Shown: one piece after another, positions 22,181-33,880 of the stretch
How the letters are laid out: every line of letters starts with the position of its first letter
Numbering within the stretch: the first letter of the stretch is position 1
NCBI RefSeq assembly: GCF_009914755.1
Contig: NC_060927.1
Source: the human T2T-CHM13v2.0 reference genome, Homo sapiens
Direction: 5' to 3' (one strand)
Length of the DNA stretch: 64,000 bases
The notes under the pieces: model-generated
Databases searched by the model: none
The model's input: only the letters and a program-made list of their open reading frames with translations
Told to the model about the DNA's origin: nothing
Position numbers and translations under genes: made by a program

Positions 22181-22522
22181 TGTATTAGTCCATTTTCACG
22201 CTGCTGATAAAGACATACCCAAGACTGGGCAATTTACGAAAAGAAAGAGGTTTATTGGACTTACAGTTCCACATGGCTAGGGAGACCTCACAATCATGGC
22301 AGAAGGCGGAAAGCACGTTTTGCATGGTGGCAGACAAGAAAAAAGGTTGCACAGGGACATAACCCTTTTAAAACCATCAGATGTCATGAGACTTATTCCC
22401 TATCTTAAGAACAGCTCAGGAAAGATATGCCCCCATGATTCAATTACCTCCCACCGGGTCTGTCCCACAACATGTGGGAATTCAAGATGAGGTTTGGGTG
22501 GGGACACAGCCAAACCATATCA
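22181..22522 (-). mobile_element. THE1 (ERVL-MaLR) solo LTR
   Basis: tgtattagtccattttcacgctgctgataaagacataccc...gggacacagccaaaccatatca; 5-bp TSD ccaaa/ccaac. Confidence 0.92.
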
Positions 22523-23644
22523 CCAACTGAAACTAGAAATCACATCATCCGATATTTATCTAGGGATTTTAATTGTACAATAAATTGACTACAGTTACAT
22601 TTACCTAATCACCAGAATTATGAGGATTACAAAGTAGATATTTTAATCCTTTTTAAATGAAAATAGAGATAATTTCTTTACATTAAATTATAAACTCATG
22701 ATCAGCGATGCTGTGGACACTTTGATCAAAGTGATTGATCAAAGTGATTATCTAGGATTACTTTTTAAAGTAATACTTAGAAAAATTTAGCTTGTTAGTT
22801 CCAGCTTAATAGAAAGTGAAGTCCATGCTGCTTATTGGTGAACATGTAGCTATATGTCTTTGAATACGTTTCTTAATATTGGCCATTAACTATTAAATTG
22901 ACTTCTCAAAATGTTAAAATGGACAAAGTCCCTGTTTCTTGTTATAATTAGCTTTCTGTTCCTGCTTTTGATTGTTATTCTCCAAGATGACTGAGTTAAT
23001 TATACAAATATGGTGAACACAAAACATATTACCTCAAAGGGATATCTCCTTAAAGAATATGCAAATGACCCTCCACTTTTGAATAAATTCAAATATTGAC
23101 ATTAATCTCCTTAGAATCCCAGTGCTTTAACTTGAGAGCATTGCTGAGTTTAATACTACTTATAAAACTTACGTTATTTTGACCATTTTGAAATATAGTT
23201 TTTCATGTATTAAAAAATTAGAGATCAAATGACAGGATTATTCATATTATCCAGATTTGTATGGTGTGTTGTAAGCTATGCATTATTTTATTCAGTATTC
23301 ATGACCTTTTAAATAGATGTTAATAGTGTTTTCATTGTGAAGATTCCTTAGCTAGTAAAGTGATAGGAACTGGAACTCACAATTTTTGACTCCAAACCCT
23401 ATTGTCTGTCCGCTATATTATTGCTATTTAGTTAACAAAAGAAGGTTTATTTAGAATTAATTTACATTTTCTTGGGAAATTTTCCTGATTATGTTTTCTT
23501 TTGATTATTTAAAGTTTATAATTATTCCATAGATGTTTTTCTGGAAATAGAACTTAAATGTTTTCAGTGAATATCTTCATTGTCAAATCTTGCCTTAGTA
23601 TTTGTAAAGTAAAAGGCTCATGTTGAATCACATTATATGTGTAG

Positions 23645-23993
<349 letters not shown>

Positions 23994-26399
23994 AGAAAAT
24001 ATTTTTATGTGTTGACCCAGTACATACACATATACCAATAAATCTGTACATTTATCTGCCAAAAATAATGAAAAATGCCTATAGTCATGGATATATTCTT
24101 GGAATATTACTTGTAATATGGAAATACTGGAAATTATCTAGATATCCTCCAAAAGAGTTACCTGTATTATGTACACTATTTGATGAAATTTGATGCAGCC
24201 ATCAAAAGTATTCACTCTGGAAATTATTTAGCAAAATGAGAAATGCTTATGCTGCATTGTTGAGCATAAAAGATCACCAAATAATAGCTATACTATAATT
24301 ACAATTATTTTTAAAAATGTGTGCATACATACAGAAGACTGGATGAGAAGAGAAAAATGAACCACAGTGTTGTTAGAATTTTCAGATTTAATTTTATATT
24401 CTGTTTCAAATTCTCTGTATGATAAATGTTATAATTTCTTATCCTGTTTTTAATTATGAGATTAAATTTGTGAAATGTTGTCAGTTATAATTTACTAATG
24501 TAATAGTATGTCTAAGAGATTTATTTTGGGTATCAGCATAGTCTAAAGTGTCCTTGAGTTTATCAGAGAAACCAGATCAAACTCATATTGAGCAACCAAG
24601 GGATAGATCCCATTTTATTGATGATGTCTATTAGGGAAAATGTGTTTTAGAAGGTTTGGGAAGTTCATGTTCCCATAGGTACCCCACTATTCAGATGCAT
24701 ATCTAATGCTTGGTAAATTTCCAGTCCCACTGGCCTGTAACTCTCACCAGTACAAGTTTTCACAAGAGATTTTCTCTTCCTTATTTTTTCACAAGCAAGA
24801 ATAATGTGAGAGTAGCTATTACAGTATGTTTCTGTCCTATTTCTTAGGAGAAACCGTAAGCTGTAAAAAAAAATAAAAATATGAAAGAGTCAAACATGCA
24901 TATTATGCAAAAGCAGTTGACTAAGTTTTTTTTAACCTCAGAAAAGGTTGGTTTTATGACACATTCTGAGCTAATTCTTAGTTATTAAGTCTGCTTAAAT
25001 ATTTTTAGAATTCTTTCTAAATGTTCCACAGGAGAGTAAAGAACATGAAATTATAATAAACCAATCCTTAACCTGTAGAAACCCCCCCCCCCACACACAC
25101 ACACATGCAAATACATACACACAGAACCTAAATAAATTCAAGTCTTCTTTCTTGTTAATGCGGCAAAGAGTAACCTAAATTGGAAAAGTAGAGTATTAGT
25201 TCCCTGCTGCCAATTCATTTTGAGCATATTCAAGAAAGCAGGAATTACTGAGGGAGCAAATAGCAGCTGAGAGAGATCACTTATAGACCTTCTGCAAGTT
25301 TCCTGTTTGGTGATGCCTACATTGACATAGACTTGCTTAAACAGAAAAGTAGCCCTTTCGTTTATGCAGTAGTATATATTTAGCATACACACACACACAC
25401 ACACACACAACTTTTTATCATTATTTAATGTAGGCACATCACTCTTCCTGAGTATAGTGATGAGCCTCACATACAATAAATTTTGATTAGGTACTGGGTA
25501 CTGTTTTAGCAAGCTCCATAGCTGATGCTAATGTTCAGCCAGAGAGGAGGATAATTATTCTCGGTAACAGCTTGATCATTTTTTGCTTTTAAGTTATAAA
25601 TCTTGGTAATACTTTTTTTCTTATGTTCAATAAGATAAATATGCTAATAAAAAACCAGAATCTTGAATAACTTTTTAAGTCATTTTTGTGATCTTAATAA
25701 CTGAGTGTAGTGGTGAATGACACTGGCTCATTGTATGTATTTGGAACACAAAACTTTAGCTAGGTTGAGGTTTCCAAGTAGTGCAAGATATCATTTATAA
25801 TGCTCTTTTTTAAGATGTAGCATGATACAGATTATAGTATCTCCTTCTTTAAGAAACACTTTCCTCAATAATAGGATATGAATATAATGTGGGAAAACAC
25901 CCAGATTTAAATGCAATCATTGTATTTATACAAATCCAAGAAAACCTTTGCTTCCTAAGTCGTAGTAGGGTTACAGTTTTTCTTTCTTGCTTAACTTCAA
26001 AATAAAGTGCTTAGTATCTGCGTTTGCTATTTGTGAAAAGATACTTGAACAATTAAAAACTGTTTCCTTGAAGCTTGAAGTAAGAGCACGAAAATATTAA
26101 AAGGACATTCTGTGTTTTAGATGGCCCTCTTGTGGTAAAAGGGTCAAAGTATCCTGAATGAAGACTGCTTTTAAATAGTAAGAGTCAAAATTGCGCAGAT
26201 GAATGAGAAATAATGTTCTCGCCTTTTCCCTAAGATCTCCGTGGCAAAATTAACAGAATTAGCAAATATAAAACAAACAGACATAACAAAACCAATCTTT
26301 TTTTACTGCTTTATATAGCTACCAAGTGAATCTCTAAAGATCAAAAAAATAACTCCTGGAAACATTTTCATAAAAAGCTATCAAATTTGATTTTGTATA

Positions 26400-26925
26400 T
26401 TTTTCACTTGGAAATAATTTTATATTTACACGAAAGTTGCAAAAATGGACCCAAGAGTTTCTGTCTACGCTTTACTGATCTAAATATTAATATCTTACAT
26501 AACTGTAGAATCCCTCTTAAGACCAGAAAAATTAACATAGATATGCTGCTGTTTAACCAATCTACAGACTTTAATCAAATTTTACCAATTGTCCTCCCAA
26601 TATTCTTTCTGTGACTCCAGGATCCTCCAGCTTGTGATAATATCTCAGTCTGTCTTGCATGACCTTGACACTTTGGGAGAGTACTAGTCGGTTATTAGTA
26701 AAATATCTTTCCATTCACTTCATCTGATGTTTCATCTTGATTAAATTCAGGCAGTACTACCTCTACTGTGATTGTGTGCCCTTCTCATTGTATCATATCA
26801 ATAGATACACAACATCATTATGTCTCATTATTGGTGATATTAATTTTGATCACTTGGTTAAAGTGATGTTTTCCATGTTTCTTTACTGTGAAGTTATTAT
26901 TTTTCCCTTTGCAATTAATAAGTTT
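26400..26925 (-). mobile_element. Old L1M (L1MC-like) 3' fragment
   Basis: tttacacgaaagttgcaaaaat...ggtgatattaattttgatcacttggttaaagtg resembles L1MC 3'UTRs. Confidence 0.6.
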
Positions 26926-27182
26926 ATCAACACCATTTCAGATTGTATTTTTACCATAATTAACATTATACATGCATTTTCTTATGGACATTTATACTGA
27001 AATGGAGTTATAATTTGTAACTAAACTAGGAAATGCTGAAGTTACTTGTTGCCTTGTTTGAAAATCATTTTCCCTTTTCATCTATAGCCTTCTGTCACCA
27101 GTCTTGCACTTTAAGTTAAAATCTTCAGAAAGCTTCTTCTTCTTCATGTTGACTAAACCTCATGTACTTAATGACCTCATAG

Positions 27183-27440
27183 GTATGTCGAGAGTACCAA
27201 CGTGGCAATTGCAACCGAGGAGAAAATGATTGTCGGTTTGCTCATCCTGCTGACAGCACAATGATTGACACCAATGACAACACAGTCACTGTGTGTATGG
27301 ATTACATCAAAGGGAGATGCTCTCGGGAAAAGTGCAAATACTTTCATCCCCCTGCACATTTGCAAGCCAAGATCAAGGCTGCCCAATACCAGGTCAACCA
27401 GGCTGCAGCTGCACAGGCTGCAGCCACCGCAGCTGCCATG
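27183..27440 (+). CDS. MBNL1: MBNL1 exon 4 (258 nt; CCCH zinc fingers 3 and 4)
   Basis: catag|GTATGT...GCCATG|gtgagt; [21 protein letters not shown] (CX7CX6CX3H) and [19 protein letters not shown] (CX7CX4CX3H). Confidence 0.98.
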
Positions 27441-28431
27441 GTGAGTAGAGATATCAGCTCTCTCCTTGTTAGCAGTCAGAAAAGCAAAGTGAGCAACTAT
27501 ATCTGACTACAAGCTATTCATTTAGTAACCTTTTTAAAAAAATTGCTGAAGATATGTTTGTTCAGGTATCCCAGACAATATATAAAGAAGTTACTTTCAC
27601 AGAAGTGAGGGTAACTCCTCAAATGGTTCAGATTGCTCCTACTCTTGGCCTAACTCTTAATCTGTCTTATTGTGGATGTAGGGTTTCTGAAATCTCTGCT
27701 TTGTAAAGAACCACCTGTCTCCTTTTCAACTTAACGATATTGCCATTTTCAGTCTTCTTATTTCTGTGTGCCATCTAATCAGCCATTGTTTTCCTTTGGT
27801 GTGTTCTTTTGCACATCAAGGCTCTTCTTTACATATATCTTGCTTTTAACAATAACATGATCTGGAACTATTTAGGAGAATTGTTCAACAAAATTGTTCT
27901 TAGAATTAGCTACAGGATTTTGAGTAGTATACTATCTAGATTGTCTGAAATAATATTGTGGCATAAACATAATAGTAACACTAGAGAAGCTTGACTATGC
28001 CATTATATAGACAGGAGAGAGACAGCAGTACTCAAGGAGTTAGAAATTGGATCATTAAGAATAGCTACTAAACTATATTCTCAAGGTAAATTTTAATGTG
28101 ATCTAGTAGCTGATTTTAATGAGCCCATTCTTTGTTCTTTGCTTACCTGTTTTAATGTTGTCATTTTTTTACATAAATATATGACTTAAATCAATGAAAT
28201 ACTCATTTTAAAAGTCACTGTGTAGTATTTCATAACACAGTGAAATAATCACGAGAGAGATCTTTTCTGTGTTTATGGATACTTGAGCAAAAATACAGAA
28301 GGCAGACTCTCTCCTCCTCTCTTCCTTTCACTCTTTTTTTTTTCTGTTAGAGTATCTTGTTTGTAATTAACTACAAAGAGGAGTTATCCTCCCAATAACA
28401 ACTCAGTAGTGCCTTTATTGTGCATGCTTAG

Positions 28432-28604
28432 TCTTGTTATTCGTTGTATATGGCATTCCGATGATTTGTTTTTTTATTTGTTTTTTCTCACCTACCCAAA
28501 AATGCACTGCTGCCCCCATGATGCACCTCTGCTTGCTGTTTATGTTAATGCGCTTGAACCCCACTGGCCCATTGCCATCATGTGCTCGCTGCCTGCTAAT
28601 TAAG
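28432..28604 (+). promoter_or_regulatory. MBNL1: Intron 4 3' end: AG-exclusion zone with distal branch point and YGCY cluster (MBNL autoregulatory element)
   Basis: No AG between 28432 and 28602; TGAT with A at 28464 (-141) followed by a U-rich tract; 10 YGCY motifs between ~28508 and 28597. Confidence 0.9.
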
Positions 28605-28658
28605 ACTCAGTCGGCTGTCAAATCACTGAAGCGACCCCTCGAGGCAACCTTTGACCTG
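28605..28658 (+). CDS. MBNL1: MBNL1 exon 5 (54 nt cassette; part of the nuclear localisation signal)
   Basis: taag|ACTCAG...GACCTG|gtacta; TQSAVKSLKRPLEATFDL. Confidence 0.96.
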
Positions 28659-29520
28659 GTACTATGACCTTTCACCTTTTAGCTTGGCATGTAGCTTTAT
28701 TGTAGATACAAGTTTTTTTTTTAAATCAACTTTAAAATATATATCCTTTTTTCTGTTATAGAGTTGTAAAGTACAATGAAAAAACTGAGTGTGGTTTCCT
28801 GACAAAATTAGTAGAAAGACTATAATCTAAGTACATAGATGGATATCATACAATAAAAGATTCTGAAAGCCCAGCAGCCCACATTCAGTTTAACTACATT
28901 GTAGAATGTTCTGAAGAAATAGTCGGAGGACATAAAGAGTGTATTTTTGACTGTATATTTATGTACCTGTTTGGTTAGCATGGCTTTAGTGGTAGAATTA
29001 TTTACATTTTAATATTTATAGTTCAGTATTTAAGGAAAAAAACTTGCATGCTCTGGGACATTTGCATGTCTAGGTAGATCTGGGGGGAGGAGCAGAGTGG
29101 GTTAGTTTTTATTTTATCTGTTTCAGTCACTCTGTACAATTAACTATTAACATTGCTTATACTTGTCAATCCTCATGGAGCTCGCAGTGCGGCTTTTCTT
29201 CTTTTCCCAAATCAATGGCTTCTCACAGAAAGCCTGAAGCATTATGGGACATAAAGCACTTTAACACATTATAACATGTGCTCTTGTACTAGTGAGATTT
29301 TGTTTTGGACAAAAATAATGCTTCCTTTAAAGCTTTTATCTTGCTTTTTTTTTTTTTTTCCTCCTTAATTTTTTGTTCATTGGATTTTTTCCCTCGGGTA
29401 GTTAAGTGCTCTGCTGCTTGCTTGCTCATGCTTCCTAACAATTTTAGCCTTCGACTGATTTTTCTTTTTTCTTTTTCTCTTTTTACTGGTATTTGTTTTT
29501 TATACTCATTCACTAAACAG

Positions 29521-29674
29521 GGAATTCCTCAAGCTGTACTTCCCCCATTACCAAAGAGGCCTGCTCTTGAAAAAACCAACGGTGCCACCGCAGTCTTTAA
29601 CACTGGTATTTTCCAATACCAACAGGCTCTAGCCAACATGCAGTTACAACAGCATACAGCATTTCTCCCACCAG
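29521..29674 (+). CDS. MBNL1: MBNL1 exon 6 (154 nt)
   Basis: aaacag|GGAATT...CCACCAG|gtaagg; [51 protein letters not shown]. Confidence 0.97.
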
Positions 29675-31172
29675 GTAAGGGGTGGGGTTTCTTAATAAAT
29701 GAATCTGATGATCTACAGAGAGTCCTACTGTTAGAGCAGATAAACCACACCCCAAGTTTGTTTGTAATTATAGATGAGGTGTCAGGTAAGGTGGTCAATG
29801 ATGGAAACTTATCTGAGGTATCTCATGTGGTTTTCCTTAAAAACTAAGGATTGTAGCTTAATGAAATGTGGATTAAAGATCAGTGGTATTTTATATATTT
29901 ATTTGTGTTTGTGTAATTTGGAAATGAAATATAGTTCTCTTTTTTTCTCTTTCCTCAACACTTATATATGTCTGTCAAGCTATTTTATGATACTTTCTTG
30001 CTGTAAGACCCCTTTGCCTTCATTATTCCATAGAGTTAATTTAAATTATATAAAACAGCACTTTCAGTTTTGATTTTTATTTTTCAGCCTTTTTGTTTTC
30101 AAGGTCAAGAATGAAAACAACTATGCGTTCTAGAGCTCTTAAAAAGGGCTCTTATTGGCATCAATCAGTACACTGTTTAAAATTATGACTGTTCCTAAGC
30201 TAATATTGAAATAACCCTAAGTGCTCAGCAATGTTTAATTTATTATGGAGTTCTACATTTGTGGTTTCAGCTTATTTTCAATTTGGTAATGTATACATAA
30301 TCTAGAATTATTCACACAGATTGCAAAGTTTAAAACACAGACTAGCTACTCATTTAATTACCTGGAAATTTACTCTTTTTATTCACTCTGAACTTACTTC
30401 AGAAAATACATATAAGCTCATTATTATCTGGAATTTTACTAACCAGAAACTCAAATCTCACTTTCCTCTTTATTGCTTCACCCTTATTTTCAGAATACCA
30501 TGGTTTTAGAGACTTACTTAATAAAATTATTTTATTAATTAAATTAATGAGTAGATATATATGTCAAAAATCCAGCTCCCAATTTTATATTAGACTATAC
30601 TGGCAGTATTTACAGTGTATTAGGTTCATAATGCTATAAGAGAATGTGAATTTATTTTTGATTCACAAAATAAATTATATGAGCTTTTAATACTAACCAT
30701 AAGTTTTATACAGTACATATTTGAAAATCAGTCATCCATATGTAAAATAAATACGAAGTAACAATTAACTACAATATTCCACTAGCTGAAATAGCCAGTG
30801 CCCCAGACACGTGGATAAAATGATATTTGTACTTGTGAAATAGTATCTTTCAAATTGCAGTTTGCCCATATTGGAACAAAAACTAAATCATTTTGACCTG
30901 CAGCCTCACATTTCTCTTATGTTTTGTAATATTATAACTTTCTTCTCAACATGCATAGTTTTTCAGAAATTAATCTTTTTGCTCTTGTGCAAGTTGCTGT
31001 GTCCCTAGATTTTCGCTGCCCCCAACAAACAATCCATCAGTTTTTCTATAGTCAGATGAGCAAAGTTTCAAGGGATTATATGTAACTATCATAATCTCTT
31101 TGAAGAAATTAAAACTTATTTTTGTCAGTTTATTTTATTGGCTAAAACATTACCATGATAAATGACCGTTTC

Positions 31173-31283
31173 AGCTAGACCAGAGGTAGTGAGTTATCTC
31201 AATAGATTGTTCACAGTCAGTTACAGATTGAACTCCTCGTTCTACTCATTGCTGTCTTCTCACTGCTGCACTTGACTAGTCTT
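31173..31283 (+). pseudogene. Y1 RNA (RNY1) retropseudogene
   Basis: ggtagtgagttatctcaatagattgttcacagtcagttacagattgaactcctcgttctactc...cttgactagtctt matches hY1 over ~111 nt; short A tail; degenerate TSD ending in gtttc. Confidence 0.93.
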
Positions 31284-31723
31284 AAAAAATATGATAGTTT
31301 CTCTACTAAAGTCTAAAAAACAAATCTGTGCTATTTAAAGAAAGCTGAAAAAATCTGTTTTATCAAATAGGTTTCACATTAGTTTTTTCAACAACTCTCA
31401 AATGACTATAGTTTTTTTTCTAAATAAGTATAACCAATTACATGGTATGATGACCCTTACTTGTGACACTAGTGTCTCCCTAGAATAGCTTTTTGTCTGT
31501 GGATAGAGCCAAAGATGCTAGATAAAGTTCAAATTAGGGAAAATAATAAACTCATTCATAAATCAGAATCAAACTTGTCTCTCTGTGCTAGGTTAAGCAT
31601 TGCTAATTTAAATAAAATCTGCATTAATTGAAATATGCTGAAAATTTTAAGATATATTTGCATTTATTATGATGCATTTTGCATCAGAGATATTCTATTC
31701 TTGATCAATATTTCTCAAATATT

Positions 31724-32063
31724 GGCCAGGCGCAGTGACTCATGCCTGTAATCCTAGCACTTTGGGAGGCCGAGGCAGGTGGCTCACTTGAGGTCAGGAG
31801 TTTGAGGCCAGCGTGGCCAACATGGCGAAACCCCATCTCTACTAAAAATCCAAAAATTAGCCGGATGTGGTGATGCATGCCTGTAATCCCAGCTACTTGG
31901 GAGGTTGAGGCAGGAGAATCCCTTGAACCTGGGAGGCGGAGCAGTGAGCCAAGATCACATCACTGCACTCCAGCTTGGGCAAAGGAGTGAGACTCCATCT
32001 CAAAAAAAAAAAAAAAAAACCACACAAAACAACAACAACAAATATATATACACACACACACAC
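31724..32063 (+). mobile_element. AluS with compound microsatellite tail
   Basis: TSD atatttctcaaatat at 31708-31722 and 32064-32078. Confidence 0.93.
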
Positions 32064-33269
32064 ATATTTCTCAAATATAATCAATATAGTGTGAAATTAT
32101 TGCATTAGTAACATAAAATAACATTTATTTGCAACTCAGTTATAAGGGCCTGAAACAGCAAGTTGACCTTTATTAATCACATAATCAGAAGTAGGTAGTG
32201 ACTCCATGATTATTTTAAAATATTTTCATTATATAATATATACCTGCATTCACAAAAATTGACGCTGTGGCATGAAAAGGTTAAAATGGATAGCTCTTCA
32301 TTATTTCTGCCCCATCACTTTGTCAGACAGTCAGAAAGGAAAGAAGTCTAATGCAGGGAATGTATATGCAAAAGCCTCAGGGGCCAGGCAGGAAACACAA
32401 GTGAAGCAAGAATAAATTGGGAGCTGTGGGGTCTGGGAGGCACAGGGGAGCACAGGCTCAGTCTAAAGAGTATAGTCAATGTTCAGACTTTGCCTTTTGT
32501 TGCCTCAGAGGATTGTCTGCCTGGCAGGTTGTACTTGCTGTCCACTGCAAACCCTTTGTGGCTCCATTTATATCATAGTCTGTGTAAACCACAATTGATT
32601 GTGTATATGCCTCATAGGGTTGGTTGTAAGAAACCCGCACAACCTAACACAGTAGCCCTGACATACAGTGTTGCTAGGTCTTATGGTCTTATGATTTTTT
32701 CCCAGATACTCTAGACATTTGTATGTTTATATGTGAAATTTCTCAATATTTAAATTTTGGCAATTCAGTTTTTTAAAAACACCCTTTGAGAACTAAAGGA
32801 AATTCATCTTACCACACATTCACATGTAATCTCATGTCTAATACCTGGGAGAAAAGGAATTTCATTTTCCAAAGTTTGGTTGTTCTGCAGACAAATAATA
32901 CAGAAGAATTAGATGATCAAGGAATCCGATCTGAACACAATTTAATAATTTGGAAGGTACACTTTTGAAGGCTTTATTGGAACTGGGAAGAAAATGGAAT
33001 TCTTTTATTTTTTGCAGCTCAGAATTTTAGTGGTCTGTAGTCTGTTGTTTCAATGATAACTTCAGATGTGTAGATCTATTTTATTCAAATTACAGTGAAG
33101 CATGGTTAGCTAAATTCTTAGAGCAGGTGGCTGCGTATAGAGTAGTTTGCTGGCAAAAGATCAGGGTTCAGTGACAAGCCAGCCAGCTAGCTAAGAAAAA
33201 TTACTACATACTTTAACTTTTAAGAACAGAATTGGATTTAATATGGACATTACCCATCTAAGCATCATT

Positions 33270-33470
33270 CAACCATACATCCATCCATCCTCCTATCATT
33301 CTGTTCTCCCCTTTCCTTTCCTCTCTTTATCCTTTTTTCCTTCCTCCCTTCCTCTGTCCTTCAGTTTTCCATCCATCTATTCATCCCCCCATTTATCTAT
33401 CCACCCATCTTTCCATTTATTCAGTCAATAAACATTGATTGTATGCCACATGGTATACCAGTATTTATGT
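33270..33470. repeat. (TCCA)n/CT-rich repeat abutting a probable L2 tail
   Basis: catccatccatcc, pyrimidine runs, ttattcagtcaataaacattgattg. Confidence 0.6.
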
Positions 33471-33659
33471 GAAGGATTGCAAACTGATAGCTCAAGGGTA
33501 AAATCTAGTATCTAGAAATATTTTTGTTTAAGAGTGTTTAAATGAAAACTAAATGTAAATCCTTTAGATAGGACACATACTGTACCCTTCAGTTCCAAAC
33601 GCTACAATTCCCTATTGCCTTAGGCCAGGTTGTTTCAGATATTTTGTTCAAAAGAGCTA

Positions 33660-33880
33660 CGTTTTATTGAATGGTTGCTCTTGTTCCCTGCTGCACTGAG
33701 TGCTTTGCCTACATTATCTCATTTTTTTTCACAACGCCCAGAAGGTTGGCATTAATATTTTCATTTTACGAATGAGTAATTTGGAGCCTAGTAAGGTACA
33801 GTGATTTGTCCCAAGTTAAATGGCTTTTGTAAGGTTTAGATTTAAGTACAACTTGAACTCAAGTCAGGCTGACTTGGTTA
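33660..33880 (-). mobile_element. MIR
   Basis: cattttacgaatgagtaatttggagcctagtaaggtacagtgatttgtcccaag. Confidence 0.6.

Noticed and set aside
29305-29847. 180-aa ORF as a single-exon protein
   Set aside because: This is exon 6 with open-frame intronic flanks; the Phe/Leu-rich N-part is the polypyrimidine tract.
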